Notes under the pieces: generated by a model
Told to the model about the DNA's origin: nothing
Database searches by the model: none
What the model saw: the letters and a program-made list of their open reading frames with translations, nothing else
In this document: piece by piece, positions 20,088-27,528 of the stretch
Layout: each line of letters begins with the position of its first letter
Position numbering within the stretch: the stretch's first letter is position 1
NCBI RefSeq assembly: GCF_049243625.1
Contig: NZ_CP046975.1
Reading direction: 5' to 3' (one strand)
Length of the DNA stretch: 32,000 nucleotides
DNA from: Corynebacterium amycolatum
Lineage (GTDB): Bacteria > Actinomycetota > Actinomycetes > Mycobacteriales > Mycobacteriaceae
Program-made: the position numbers and the translations under genes

Positions 20088-20999
20088 TTAACGATTTTCG
20101 TCCCGAGCTGCTAAAACGGCCTGGTAGAGATCTCGATGCTTCGTCATTCCCGCCTCTGCTGCAACCTGCTTCGCGGCATCCTTCAGTCGCATGCCATCAG
20201 CCACGAGCTCCTCCACGCGGTCAACCAAGCCCTCCGTGGATACCTCCGTTGCCTGCTGCCCCGCGCCTTCAATCACCACCGTAATTTCGCCGCGGACACC
20301 TTCCTCCGCCCACGCCGCCAACTCCCCCAGCGTCGCACGGCGAGTCTCTTCAAAACGCTTGGTCAACTCACGGCTTACCGACGCGCGCCGCTCCTCACCC
20401 AAAATCTCCGCAGCATCGGCCAACGTAACAGCCAACCGATGCGGCGACTCAAAGAAACAACAGGCCCGCTTCTCTGTCTTCAGTGATTCCAACCATGCCC
20501 GGCGCGCCCCCTGTTTACGAGGTGCAAAACCATCGAAGCAAAAGTGGCCGACACCCAAACCACTGAGAGCCAATGCGGTAGTCACCGCGCTCGGTCCTGG
20601 TACACAGGACACCGGCACGCCCGCATCATGTGCAGCCGCCACCACAGCCAGGCCAGGATCCGACACCACCGGCATCCCCGCATCGGTCACCACAATGACT
20701 TTCTGTCCCGCCTTCGCCGCCTGAATCAGCGACTCAGTGCGGCTCTCTTCGTTGTGATCGAAGTTCGAAACAAACTTCCCCTTGGGGGAAATGCCCAGCG
20801 CTGTGGCCAGGTTGCGTGCCCGCCTGGTGTCTTCCGCGGCGATGATATCGGCGTCGATAAGCGCACCGCGCAAGCGGTCGGAGGCATCGGCGATATTGCC
20901 CAGCGGCGTTGCCACCAGAGTGATGCCAGGAGCCAGCGTCATTGCCTCGCTAAGAGGCGCGTTCTCGTGCGGTTGGAAGTTCGATGCCGAATGCGTCAT
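20088..20999 (-). CDS. rsmI: 16S rRNA (cytidine1402-2'-O)-methyltransferase
   Basis: In frame with track ORF 20088..21224, which I trimmed to ATG 20999 (alternative 20942) because the longer form overlaps pmt. Motifs: TPLGNIADASDRL...ADIIAAEDTRRA, VVTDAGMPVVSDPG, CVPGPSAVTTAL. Confidence 0.88.
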   Translation of the reverse strand: MTHSASNFQPHENAPLSEAMTLAPGITLVATPLGNIADASDRLRGALIDADIIAAEDTRRARNLATALGISPKGKFVSNFDHNEESRTESLIQAAKAGQKVIVVTDAGMPVVSDPGLAVVAAAHDAGVPVSCVPGPSAVTTALALSGLGVGHFCFDGFAPRKQGARRAWLESLKTEKRACCFFESPHRLAVTLADAAEILGEERRASVSRELTKRFEETRRATLGELAAWAEEGVRGEITVVIEGAGQQATEVSTEGLVDRVEELVADGMRLKDAAKQVAAEAGMTKHRDLYQAVLAARDENR

Positions 21000-21024
21000 G
21001 ATTCCATAGCTTAAACTGACATTC

Positions 21025-22581
21025 GTGACCGATGCCGCTTTAACCCCACCACCGGAAACCGAGCGCCGCGCGAAAAAGCGTTTCCTGCGCCCGATTCCCC
21101 CGGTGCCCTCGCTGCCGCCACTGCGGCGGTGGGACAAATGGGATACCGCCACTTTTGTGGTTCTCGGAATCGTCGCAGCGCTAACCCGTTTCATCGGGCT
21201 TGCTGCCAAGACCGACAATGGCACCCCGCTCTTCGATGAAAAGCACTATGTGCCGCAAGCATGGCAGATTCTGGAGTCCACCCGCGACCCCATCTCGTCT
21301 GGCATTGAGGACAATCCCGGCTACGGTCTGATTGTGCATCCGCCAGTGGCCAAGCAGGTCATCGCCTTGGGCGAATGGATCTTCGGTTACTCACCAATGG
21401 GCTGGCGGTTTATGTCGGCGGTGTGTGGCACGCTGGTCATACTGCTGCTCATGGACATCGTCCGACGCATCTCTCGCGGCTCGCGGTTGGCAGTGGGTAT
21501 CGCTGGTCTCTATGCGCTTGCCGACGGAGTGCTGTTTGTCTCCTCCCGGGTCGGCATGCTGGACATGATTCAGACCTTCTTCATCACTGCGGCCGCGTGG
21601 GCACTTCTCATCGACCAGGCCGATGCCCGCAAGCGCCTGGAATCCGCCACGGAGCTAGGTAGTTTCGGCCCCTATCTCAGTTATCGCTGGTGGCGACTGC
21701 TCGCCGGCATCATGCTGGGGCTTGCCACCGGGGTGAAGTGGTCTGGCCTGTATTACATGGCCGCATTCGGTCTGTGGTCCGTCTTCACGGATCTGGTCTC
21801 CCGCAAGAATGCCGGTGCGCACAAACCCGTGCTCGGCGCACTCTCCCGTGATACCGCCCCGGCGTTGCGTGATCTGGTGGTAGTCCCGCTGGGCGTTTAC
21901 TTCTTAAGTTGGCGTTCCTGGTTCGCCGAAGAAACGTCGGTCTATCGCCATGTCTCACCCGAAGACCGCGATACGGGACTCCCCGGCACCGACTGGCTTC
22001 CCGAGGCCCTGCAGAACTACCTGCACTACCAAAACAGCGTGCTGAAGTTCCACGCCGAGCTGACCACCTCTAATGGCCACAAACACCCTTGGGAGTCCAA
22101 GCCTTGGGAGTGGCTGGTCAGTTGGCGGCCAATGCTCTACTACTCCACCGAAACCACCTGCAGTGGCGGCCAGGAGTGCAAGGGCTGGATGATGCTCTTT
22201 GGCACCCCGCCCATCTGGTGGTTGCTGGTCCCCGTGGTCCTGTGGGCCACATGGCGTTGGCTCGGCCGCCGCGACGGCCGCTACGCGCTGCCCGTCATCG
22301 GTTTCCTCGCCTCGTGGCTGCCGTGGGTCATCGGCTACGACCGGCAGATGTACTTTTTCTACGCCACCGCGCTGATTCCATTCGTACTCATCGCCTTTGC
22401 TCTGCTTGCCGACGATCTCTCACACTGGCGGCCCGGCGGTAAGCCGGTGGGGTTGGTAATCGTTGGCACGCACGCCGCACTAGTGGTGACCGCGTTTGTG
22501 TTCTGGCTGCCAATTTTGACCGGCTACCCGCTGCCTCTCAACCACTTTGAATGGCGGTTCTGGTTGCCATCTTGGAGCTAG
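21025..22581 (+). CDS. pmt: Polyprenol-phosphate-mannose protein O-mannosyltransferase (GT39)
   Basis: 518-aa polytopic protein with GTG start. It has the DE-type motif in loop 1 (TPLFDEKHYVPQAW), and the divergent rsmI neighbour matches the Mtb Rv1002c/Rv1003 arrangement as I remember it. Confidence 0.9.
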   Translation: MTDAALTPPPETERRAKKRFLRPIPPVPSLPPLRRWDKWDTATFVVLGIVAALTRFIGLAAKTDNGTPLFDEKHYVPQAWQILESTRDPISSGIEDNPGYGLIVHPPVAKQVIALGEWIFGYSPMGWRFMSAVCGTLVILLLMDIVRRISRGSRLAVGIAGLYALADGVLFVSSRVGMLDMIQTFFITAAAWALLIDQADARKRLESATELGSFGPYLSYRWWRLLAGIMLGLATGVKWSGLYYMAAFGLWSVFTDLVSRKNAGAHKPVLGALSRDTAPALRDLVVVPLGVYFLSWRSWFAEETSVYRHVSPEDRDTGLPGTDWLPEALQNYLHYQNSVLKFHAELTTSNGHKHPWESKPWEWLVSWRPMLYYSTETTCSGGQECKGWMMLFGTPPIWWLLVPVVLWATWRWLGRRDGRYALPVIGFLASWLPWVIGYDRQMYFFYATALIPFVLIAFALLADDLSHWRPGGKPVGLVIVGTHAALVVTAFVFWLPILTGYPLPLNHFEWRFWLPSWS

Positions 22582-23360
22582 TCCCGCTGTGGTGGCACGC
22601 CTGTGACCGGCAACCCCGAGGCGGCCCGCCATGCCTGTGCGATTGCCGTCGGCGTATAGCCGCCCAGCCACACAACGGCCAGCGTCAAAGCGGAGACAAA
22701 CATCAATGCCAGGCCAGCGATCTCTGATGCTCCCTGGGCACCGATGAGAATGTCACGAATACCAAAACCGATGCTGAACGTGGCGACGGCACCGTAGACC
22801 GGCGCCATGCCCATGGCAGCGCGCGGCCGCCAAGCAGCCCAGAACAATCCCACTGCCAATGCAAGCCGAATTGCCGCGAGTTGAATGGCAAGGCGTGCTC
22901 CGAGCTCCATTGGGTCAACGGTGGCAGTGGAACCGTCGATAGGCGCTCCCGTGCTTGTTGCGATTCCTGCACCGTCCTGCGGCTGTGTCGAGGAAAGTCC
23001 AAGCGTCATCATGTCGGAGGCGTCTACCAGCGTCGCAATCCCCCAGACCGCCCAGCAAAGTCCCAACGCAATGAGCACCCCGCGGGCGGTGCCGGCTATG
23101 AGCAGCCATGCGCGCTCACGCCGGCGGCGCTCCGGTTCGATGGAGACCAAAATGCGCTCCGAGAGATCATCCGTGGAAACCTCCGGCATACCATCGGCAG
23201 GCCCAACCGTAAGGGCGCGGTTCAGCCGCACCGCTCGCTCGTACCAAGCTCGGCACTCCTCGCAGGCCCCAAGATGGGCATCGATGACTTCATCGGCAAT
23301 ACTTGCCTGCTCGCCATCGAGGCGAGCTGACAATGCTGCGCGAATTTCCTCGCACTCCAC
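22578..23360 (-). CDS. Membrane protein with N-terminal zf-HC2 (zinc-binding anti-sigma factor) domain
   Basis: 260 aa with GTG start and GGAGGAG 7 nt upstream. The N-terminus MECEEIRAALSARLDGEQ...AHLGACEECRAWYERA carries the HxxxCxxC motif. It is followed by about four hydrophobic TM segments. Confidence 0.72.
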   Translation of the reverse strand: MECEEIRAALSARLDGEQASIADEVIDAHLGACEECRAWYERAVRLNRALTVGPADGMPEVSTDDLSERILVSIEPERRRRERAWLLIAGTARGVLIALGLCWAVWGIATLVDASDMMTLGLSSTQPQDGAGIATSTGAPIDGSTATVDPMELGARLAIQLAAIRLALAVGLFWAAWRPRAAMGMAPVYGAVATFSIGFGIRDILIGAQGASEIAGLALMFVSALTLAVVWLGGYTPTAIAQAWRAASGLPVTGVPPQRD

Positions 23361-23411
23361 GGGGAATCTCCTCCGCTTTTAACTCTTAAGGGGGTTGTAC
23401 CTAATGAGGTC

Positions 23412-23825
23412 TTATCTGATGAATTGCCTGTCCAAGCTGAAACGGCCGGCTCCGAAAACGAAAATCATCACCAGCCCACCGATGAGTGACATCACGAGCT
23501 CCGCACCGTTGTCACGGATAAACAGACCATTGCCCAGGTGCATCGACCACCAGGCACCAATCATTTCAATGATGAAGACCATCGCCACCGTCGGGGCCAA
23601 GAGTCCCAGAATCAGCAACGCGCCTCCGACCAGTTCGACTAGAGCGACAACCCAGACCGTCAAGTGCGCCTGCGGGATATTCGCAGCGACAAAGTAACCG
23701 GTCGTCTTGTCAATACCGGTGATAAAAATCTTGTCCCAGCCATGGCAGATGAAGATAATTCCGAGTATTAGGCGGAGAATCACGAGCGCGATATCGCGCA
23801 TTACCGGTCGATCCATGAGGGACAT
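23412..23825 (-). CDS. DoxX family membrane protein
   Basis: In frame with track ORF 23412..23909, which I trimmed to ATG 23825 (MSLMDRPVMRD...) because the longer form includes the upstream terminator hairpin. LRLILGIIFICHGWDK... and four TM helices are typical of DoxX. Confidence 0.85.
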   Translation of the reverse strand: MSLMDRPVMRDIALVILRLILGIIFICHGWDKIFITGIDKTTGYFVAANIPQAHLTVWVVALVELVGGALLILGLLAPTVAMVFIIEMIGAWWSMHLGNGLFIRDNGAELVMSLIGGLVMIFVFGAGRFSLDRQFIR

Positions 23826-23892
23826 GCTACCCGACGGCACGGTCAAAGCACGGTAGCACTGCGGCAGCGAAAGGCCAGCGACTTTAACATGC

Positions 23893-23926
23893 AAAAAGGC
23901 TTCTCCCAACCCCTCGGGAGAAGCCT
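23893..23926 (-). terminator. Intrinsic terminator downstream of the acidic membrane protein gene
   Basis: Minus strand: A-GGCTTCTCCC-gaggggtt-GGGAGAAGCC-TTTTT. The stem is a perfect 10-11 bp (23916-23926 / 23897-23907) with a T-tract at 23893-23897. It lies 127 nt after the stop at 24053. Confidence 0.78.
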
Positions 23927-24052
23927 TCCGCCAAACACACCCGGTGTGTCATGTCTTAGGTAGTGACATCGTAACAGGCCGAGTTTCTAACAAAAAATCG
24001 CGCTGACGTGCTCAGACAACTTTAAGGTTGTTCTACGGCTCAGCTCACAGGA

Positions 24053-25324
24053 CTAGCTCACGCGAGCCTGCGGCATTTCGTCGTAATCGTCGTCATCAAA
24101 GCGGTAGTCAGTGTAGGCCAGATCTGCGAAATCCGGGTCCTCATCATCAAGCTCGACTACTACCGCGCCGGGACGGCGCAGTCGCTGTGGAATTCCCAGC
24201 TCATCATCCTCGCGGTTACGCACACCGAGGCGGGCCATCTTCATACGGCGAATTCGGCGAGCCCGCAGTTCCTGCTCTGCACGCACGGTGCGGCGCAGGT
24301 TGACCAGGTACAGGGTCATCAAGCCGACGCCGACCAGTGGAATCCACCAGGTCCAACCACCGGCGAAAGCAGCGATGATGACCGTGACTGCGATAAACGC
24401 TGCCAGCCCAGCAACAGAACGGCGGCGGCGAGCAAAGCGAGTCTCAGCGTACTGGGCATCCGAAATCGGATCGAACCCACCGCGACCACGGCGCTTCTCA
24501 GCGAACGCGTAATCATCTTCGGTCAAGGTGTCATCGACAGCGACTGCGTCATCGTTGGACTCGACAGCGTGGTCACTGTCGTTCTCGACGGTCGCATCGA
24601 GTTCTGCCTGCTCGTCTACGGTGTCTACTTCCTCTTCAGTCTCAGAGAGAGCCTCAGCGTCAACGTGCTCAGCGTCAGCCGCGGCACCGGAATCAGCGTC
24701 AGATTCAACAGCATCTTCGAACATCAAGTCATCGGCGTCGACGAATTGACGGCGAACGTCAACGCTCACATCGGAAGAAGACTCATCTGCACGAACCACG
24801 TCACCTTCGGCGGAGGCGACGGCGGAGTCAGATTCAGCATCCTCGTCATCAACGACAGCCTGTAGCGACTGGTCTGCAGATTCATCATCGGATACGTCCA
24901 TGTCAGAGCGGTCAGAAGACTCAGCAGTGGCTTCCTCGGTAGCGGAATCATCCGCCTGCGGGGCCTCCTCCTCTGCATCTGCTGCTTCCAGCTCGTAGAC
25001 GATATCGCCGTCGACGACGGCCGGGTCGGCCGCCTCGTCCACGGTGTCGTCGATAAGCACGTCGCTGACATCGAAGTCATCGTCGACCTGCGCGTCAACG
25101 GTTTCGAGAGAATCGTCGACTTCTTCGGCCACGCGCACGTCCGACTCCTTAAAAGACGGACGGCGGCGCGTCGTGGCCAGCTCCTCGCCACCACGATGCA
25201 GCACGCGGGTCTTACCTAGCGCATCGGATGTACGACGAATCGGCTTGCGCGTATTGACCACCAGCGGGGCCAGCACAAACAGCCACAGTACAACGATGAG
25301 TATCAGCAACAGAGAAGTTGACAT
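24053..25324 (-). CDS. glpR: Membrane protein with a giant acidic cytoplasmic loop; candidate gephyrin-like-protein receptor GlpR (Mtb Rv0996-type)
   Basis: 423 aa with AAGGAGA 8 nt upstream of the ATG. It has an N-terminal TM (aa 4-23), a 212-aa D/E/S/A/V-rich low-complexity region (aa 65-276), a TM hairpin (aa ~303-344) and an Arg-rich then acidic C-terminal tail. The assignment rests on position downstream of the MoeA-like and GNAT genes plus remembered C. glutamicum work, not on a search. Confidence 0.68.
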   Translation of the reverse strand: MSTSLLLILIVVLWLFVLAPLVVNTRKPIRRTSDALGKTRVLHRGGEELATTRRRPSFKESDVRVAEEVDDSLETVDAQVDDDFDVSDVLIDDTVDEAADPAVVDGDIVYELEAADAEEEAPQADDSATEEATAESSDRSDMDVSDDESADQSLQAVVDDEDAESDSAVASAEGDVVRADESSSDVSVDVRRQFVDADDLMFEDAVESDADSGAAADAEHVDAEALSETEEEVDTVDEQAELDATVENDSDHAVESNDDAVAVDDTLTEDDYAFAEKRRGRGGFDPISDAQYAETRFARRRRSVAGLAAFIAVTVIIAAFAGGWTWWIPLVGVGLMTLYLVNLRRTVRAEQELRARRIRRMKMARLGVRNREDDELGIPQRLRRPGAVVVELDDEDPDFADLAYTDYRFDDDDYDEMPQARVS

Positions 25325-25497
25325 ATTCTGCGTCTCCTTGCGACTTCGCCCGGGGTTTCGCCGTCTCTCCCCGGCCCAAATACACCGCCCACATGCCCTT
25401 CCACAGAGGCATTTACGAAGGCAGCCAGCGTATCTAGAGCGAACTCGCCCAATAGTAGAGTTGTCATCACCCTATCGGCGTGCGCTGCTCAGACTAC

Positions 25498-26130
25498 TCA
25501 GGCGCGCCGTTGCGGTGGGTATTTCTCCGCCTCTTCATATTGCGCACGACCACTCGCCACGATGAGGTCCACTGCACTGTCCTCCCCCACCCGCGCATAG
25601 GTCAGATGATCGCGCCACGCACCATCCATATGGAAGGCTTCCCGCGCCACGCCCTCATACTCGAACCCACAGTTTTCCAGCACGCGTATCGACGGGACAT
25701 TGCTGTCCAACACAGTCGCTTCAATTCGGTGGACGCCAACTTTCTTGGCATAATCCGACGCCAACGCCACTGCAGCAGTGGCGACTCCTCCACATGTAAA
25801 GCTGCTGCCGACCCAATAGCCAATCCAGGCGTGAGCGACGGGGAAAGGCGTAATGCCTCCGAGCGTGAGCATGCCGGCGAACTGGCCGTCTACCTCAATG
25901 GTGGAAACAAACATTTCCCCCGCCGCCTCTGAACGACGCCAACTGCGAAGGTTACGGCGGAAAACGGAAACCTTGTGGGCGTTATCCCAGTCGTCGTCGA
26001 GGGTTGGCTCCACAGGCCGCAAAATGGGCTCATCACGCAGCCGCAGTGCCCGCCATGTAGAGGCATCAGTTCGCTCTGGCACACGCAGGCGGACTCGGCC
26101 GCCACTGGTTATTAGACGGGAAGTACGCAC
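25498..26130 (-). CDS. GNAT family N-acetyltransferase, RimJ-like
   Basis: 210 aa with ...AHAWIGYWVGSSFTCGGVATAAVALASDYA...HRIEATVLDSNVPSIRVLENCGFEYEG, typical of the RimJ/RimL subgroup. It starts 30 nt downstream of the MoeA-like gene. Confidence 0.88.
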   Translation of the reverse strand: MRTSRLITSGGRVRLRVPERTDASTWRALRLRDEPILRPVEPTLDDDWDNAHKVSVFRRNLRSWRRSEAAGEMFVSTIEVDGQFAGMLTLGGITPFPVAHAWIGYWVGSSFTCGGVATAAVALASDYAKKVGVHRIEATVLDSNVPSIRVLENCGFEYEGVAREAFHMDGAWRDHLTYARVGEDSAVDLIVASGRAQYEEAEKYPPQRRA

Positions 26131-26160
26131 AGCAACGATACTCGCGGTAGTGGGGTGTGG

Positions 26161-27432
26161 TTAGGCTTGGCGCGCCATGAACAGCACGTCAACGACATCT
26201 CCAGGACGCACGTGTAGCACGTCTTCCGGAATCACGATGAGACTGTTGGCTTCCGACATGCCGGCCAGAAGGTGGGCTTGCGCACCGCCGGAACCTCCCA
26301 GCGGCTGCACCATGTATTCGCCGGTCTCACGGTCACGCATGAGCTGACCACGGATATACCCGCGACGCTTCTCCGCCGACTCGATCGGGCCGACAGCACG
26401 AGCTGTGACAGCGCGGCGGCGAGGATTGCGCTTACCCAGGGCCAGTCGAATGAGGGGACGAACCATAACCTCAAAAACGACCAATGCGCCGACCGGGTTC
26501 GACGGCAGCAGGAACGTTGGAATCTTGTCATCTCCCAGCAGACCAAAGCCCTGGACCGAACCAGGATGCATAGCGATGCGGGAAACATCAACCTCGCCCA
26601 ATTCAGCCAGCACACGGCGAATCTGCTCACCCGCGGCACCGCCGACAGCCCCCGTGATGACCAAGAGCTCACTGCGAATGAGCTGGCCCTCGATGATTTC
26701 CCGGATGCGACGGGGCTCACCGGTGGCAATACCCACTCGGTGCACCTCGGCCCCAGCATCGCGGCCGGCTGCTGCCAACGCGTAGGAGTTGACGTCGTAG
26801 ACCTGACCGAGGCCTGGCGTGCGGTCAACATCGACCAACTCATTACCAATGGAAATCACGGACATACGCGGCTTGGGGTGCACCAAAACCTTCGAACGCC
26901 CCACTGCTGCCAACAATCCAACCTGCGACGGCGAAATTACCGAGTCCAAAGACACCGCCACGTCACCCGGCTGCACGTCGTCGCCGACCTTCCGCACAAA
27001 GTCACCGGAGTAGACCGGATGGAGAACATTAACTCGACGGCCACCGCGGTCGGTCCAGTTTAGGGGCACGACAGCGTCGGCAAGCGATGGCAGCGGCGCA
27101 CCAGTTTGTACGCGCACGGCCTGCTTCGGCTGGAGACGCATCGGGTGGTGAGAGCCGGCTGTCACCTCACCGACAACAGGCAGCTCGACCTCGCGAAAAT
27201 CAACATCACTCTGACGCGCATCCGGAGGTAAAGAACCAGATTCGCCGACGATATCGACAGCGCGCACTGCATAACCATCGATTGCTGACTGCACGAATCC
27301 CGGCAACGGCTGCTCTGCGATGACATCTTCAGCGCACAGCATGCCGAGGGATTCCGAAATAGCAACGCGCACAGGATCAGGCATCACAGCGTGCGCGGTG
27401 ATTGCCGCCAACTGTTCTTCCACAGAACGCAT
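26161..27432 (-). CDS. glp: MoeA / gephyrin E-domain family protein; candidate gephyrin-like divisome protein Glp
   Basis: 423 aa with GAGGAAGG upstream of the ATG. The N-terminus reads ...LGMLCAEDVIAEQPLPGFVQSAIDGYAVR (MoeA signature xSAMDGYAVR). The central SIGNEL and C-terminal beta-barrel end ...VRPGDVVDVLF are present. MoeA-family membership is solid; the Glp role is inferred from context and motif divergence. Confidence 0.85.
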   Translation of the reverse strand: MRSVEEQLAAITAHAVMPDPVRVAISESLGMLCAEDVIAEQPLPGFVQSAIDGYAVRAVDIVGESGSLPPDARQSDVDFREVELPVVGEVTAGSHHPMRLQPKQAVRVQTGAPLPSLADAVVPLNWTDRGGRRVNVLHPVYSGDFVRKVGDDVQPGDVAVSLDSVISPSQVGLLAAVGRSKVLVHPKPRMSVISIGNELVDVDRTPGLGQVYDVNSYALAAAGRDAGAEVHRVGIATGEPRRIREIIEGQLIRSELLVITGAVGGAAGEQIRRVLAELGEVDVSRIAMHPGSVQGFGLLGDDKIPTFLLPSNPVGALVVFEVMVRPLIRLALGKRNPRRRAVTARAVGPIESAEKRRGYIRGQLMRDRETGEYMVQPLGGSGGAQAHLLAGMSEANSLIVIPEDVLHVRPGDVVDVLFMARQA

Positions 27433-27528
27433 GTTTTACCTTCCTCGGCACCAACCCGCGGTGCGCTTTATGGCTATTCAGCTTCTCAGTACAAGCCTCT
27501 AGATAAGTACAGCCTCTATAAAAAGGCT

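Noticed and set aside
21000-21224. Upstream extension of the rsmI ORF overlapping the pmt start
   Set aside because: RsmI proteins are about 280-300 aa. The extension is Arg/Ser/Gly-rich and would overlap the divergent pmt gene by 200 nt.
23826-23909. Upstream extension of the DoxX ORF (TTG at 23909)
   Set aside because: It would begin inside the strong terminator hairpin at 23893-23926, and its sequence is not DoxX-like.
26272-27063. 263-aa plus-strand ORF and 205-aa minus-strand alternative frame inside the MoeA-like gene
   Set aside because: These are shadow or off-frame ORFs. Only the 26161..27432 frame gives MoeA motifs.
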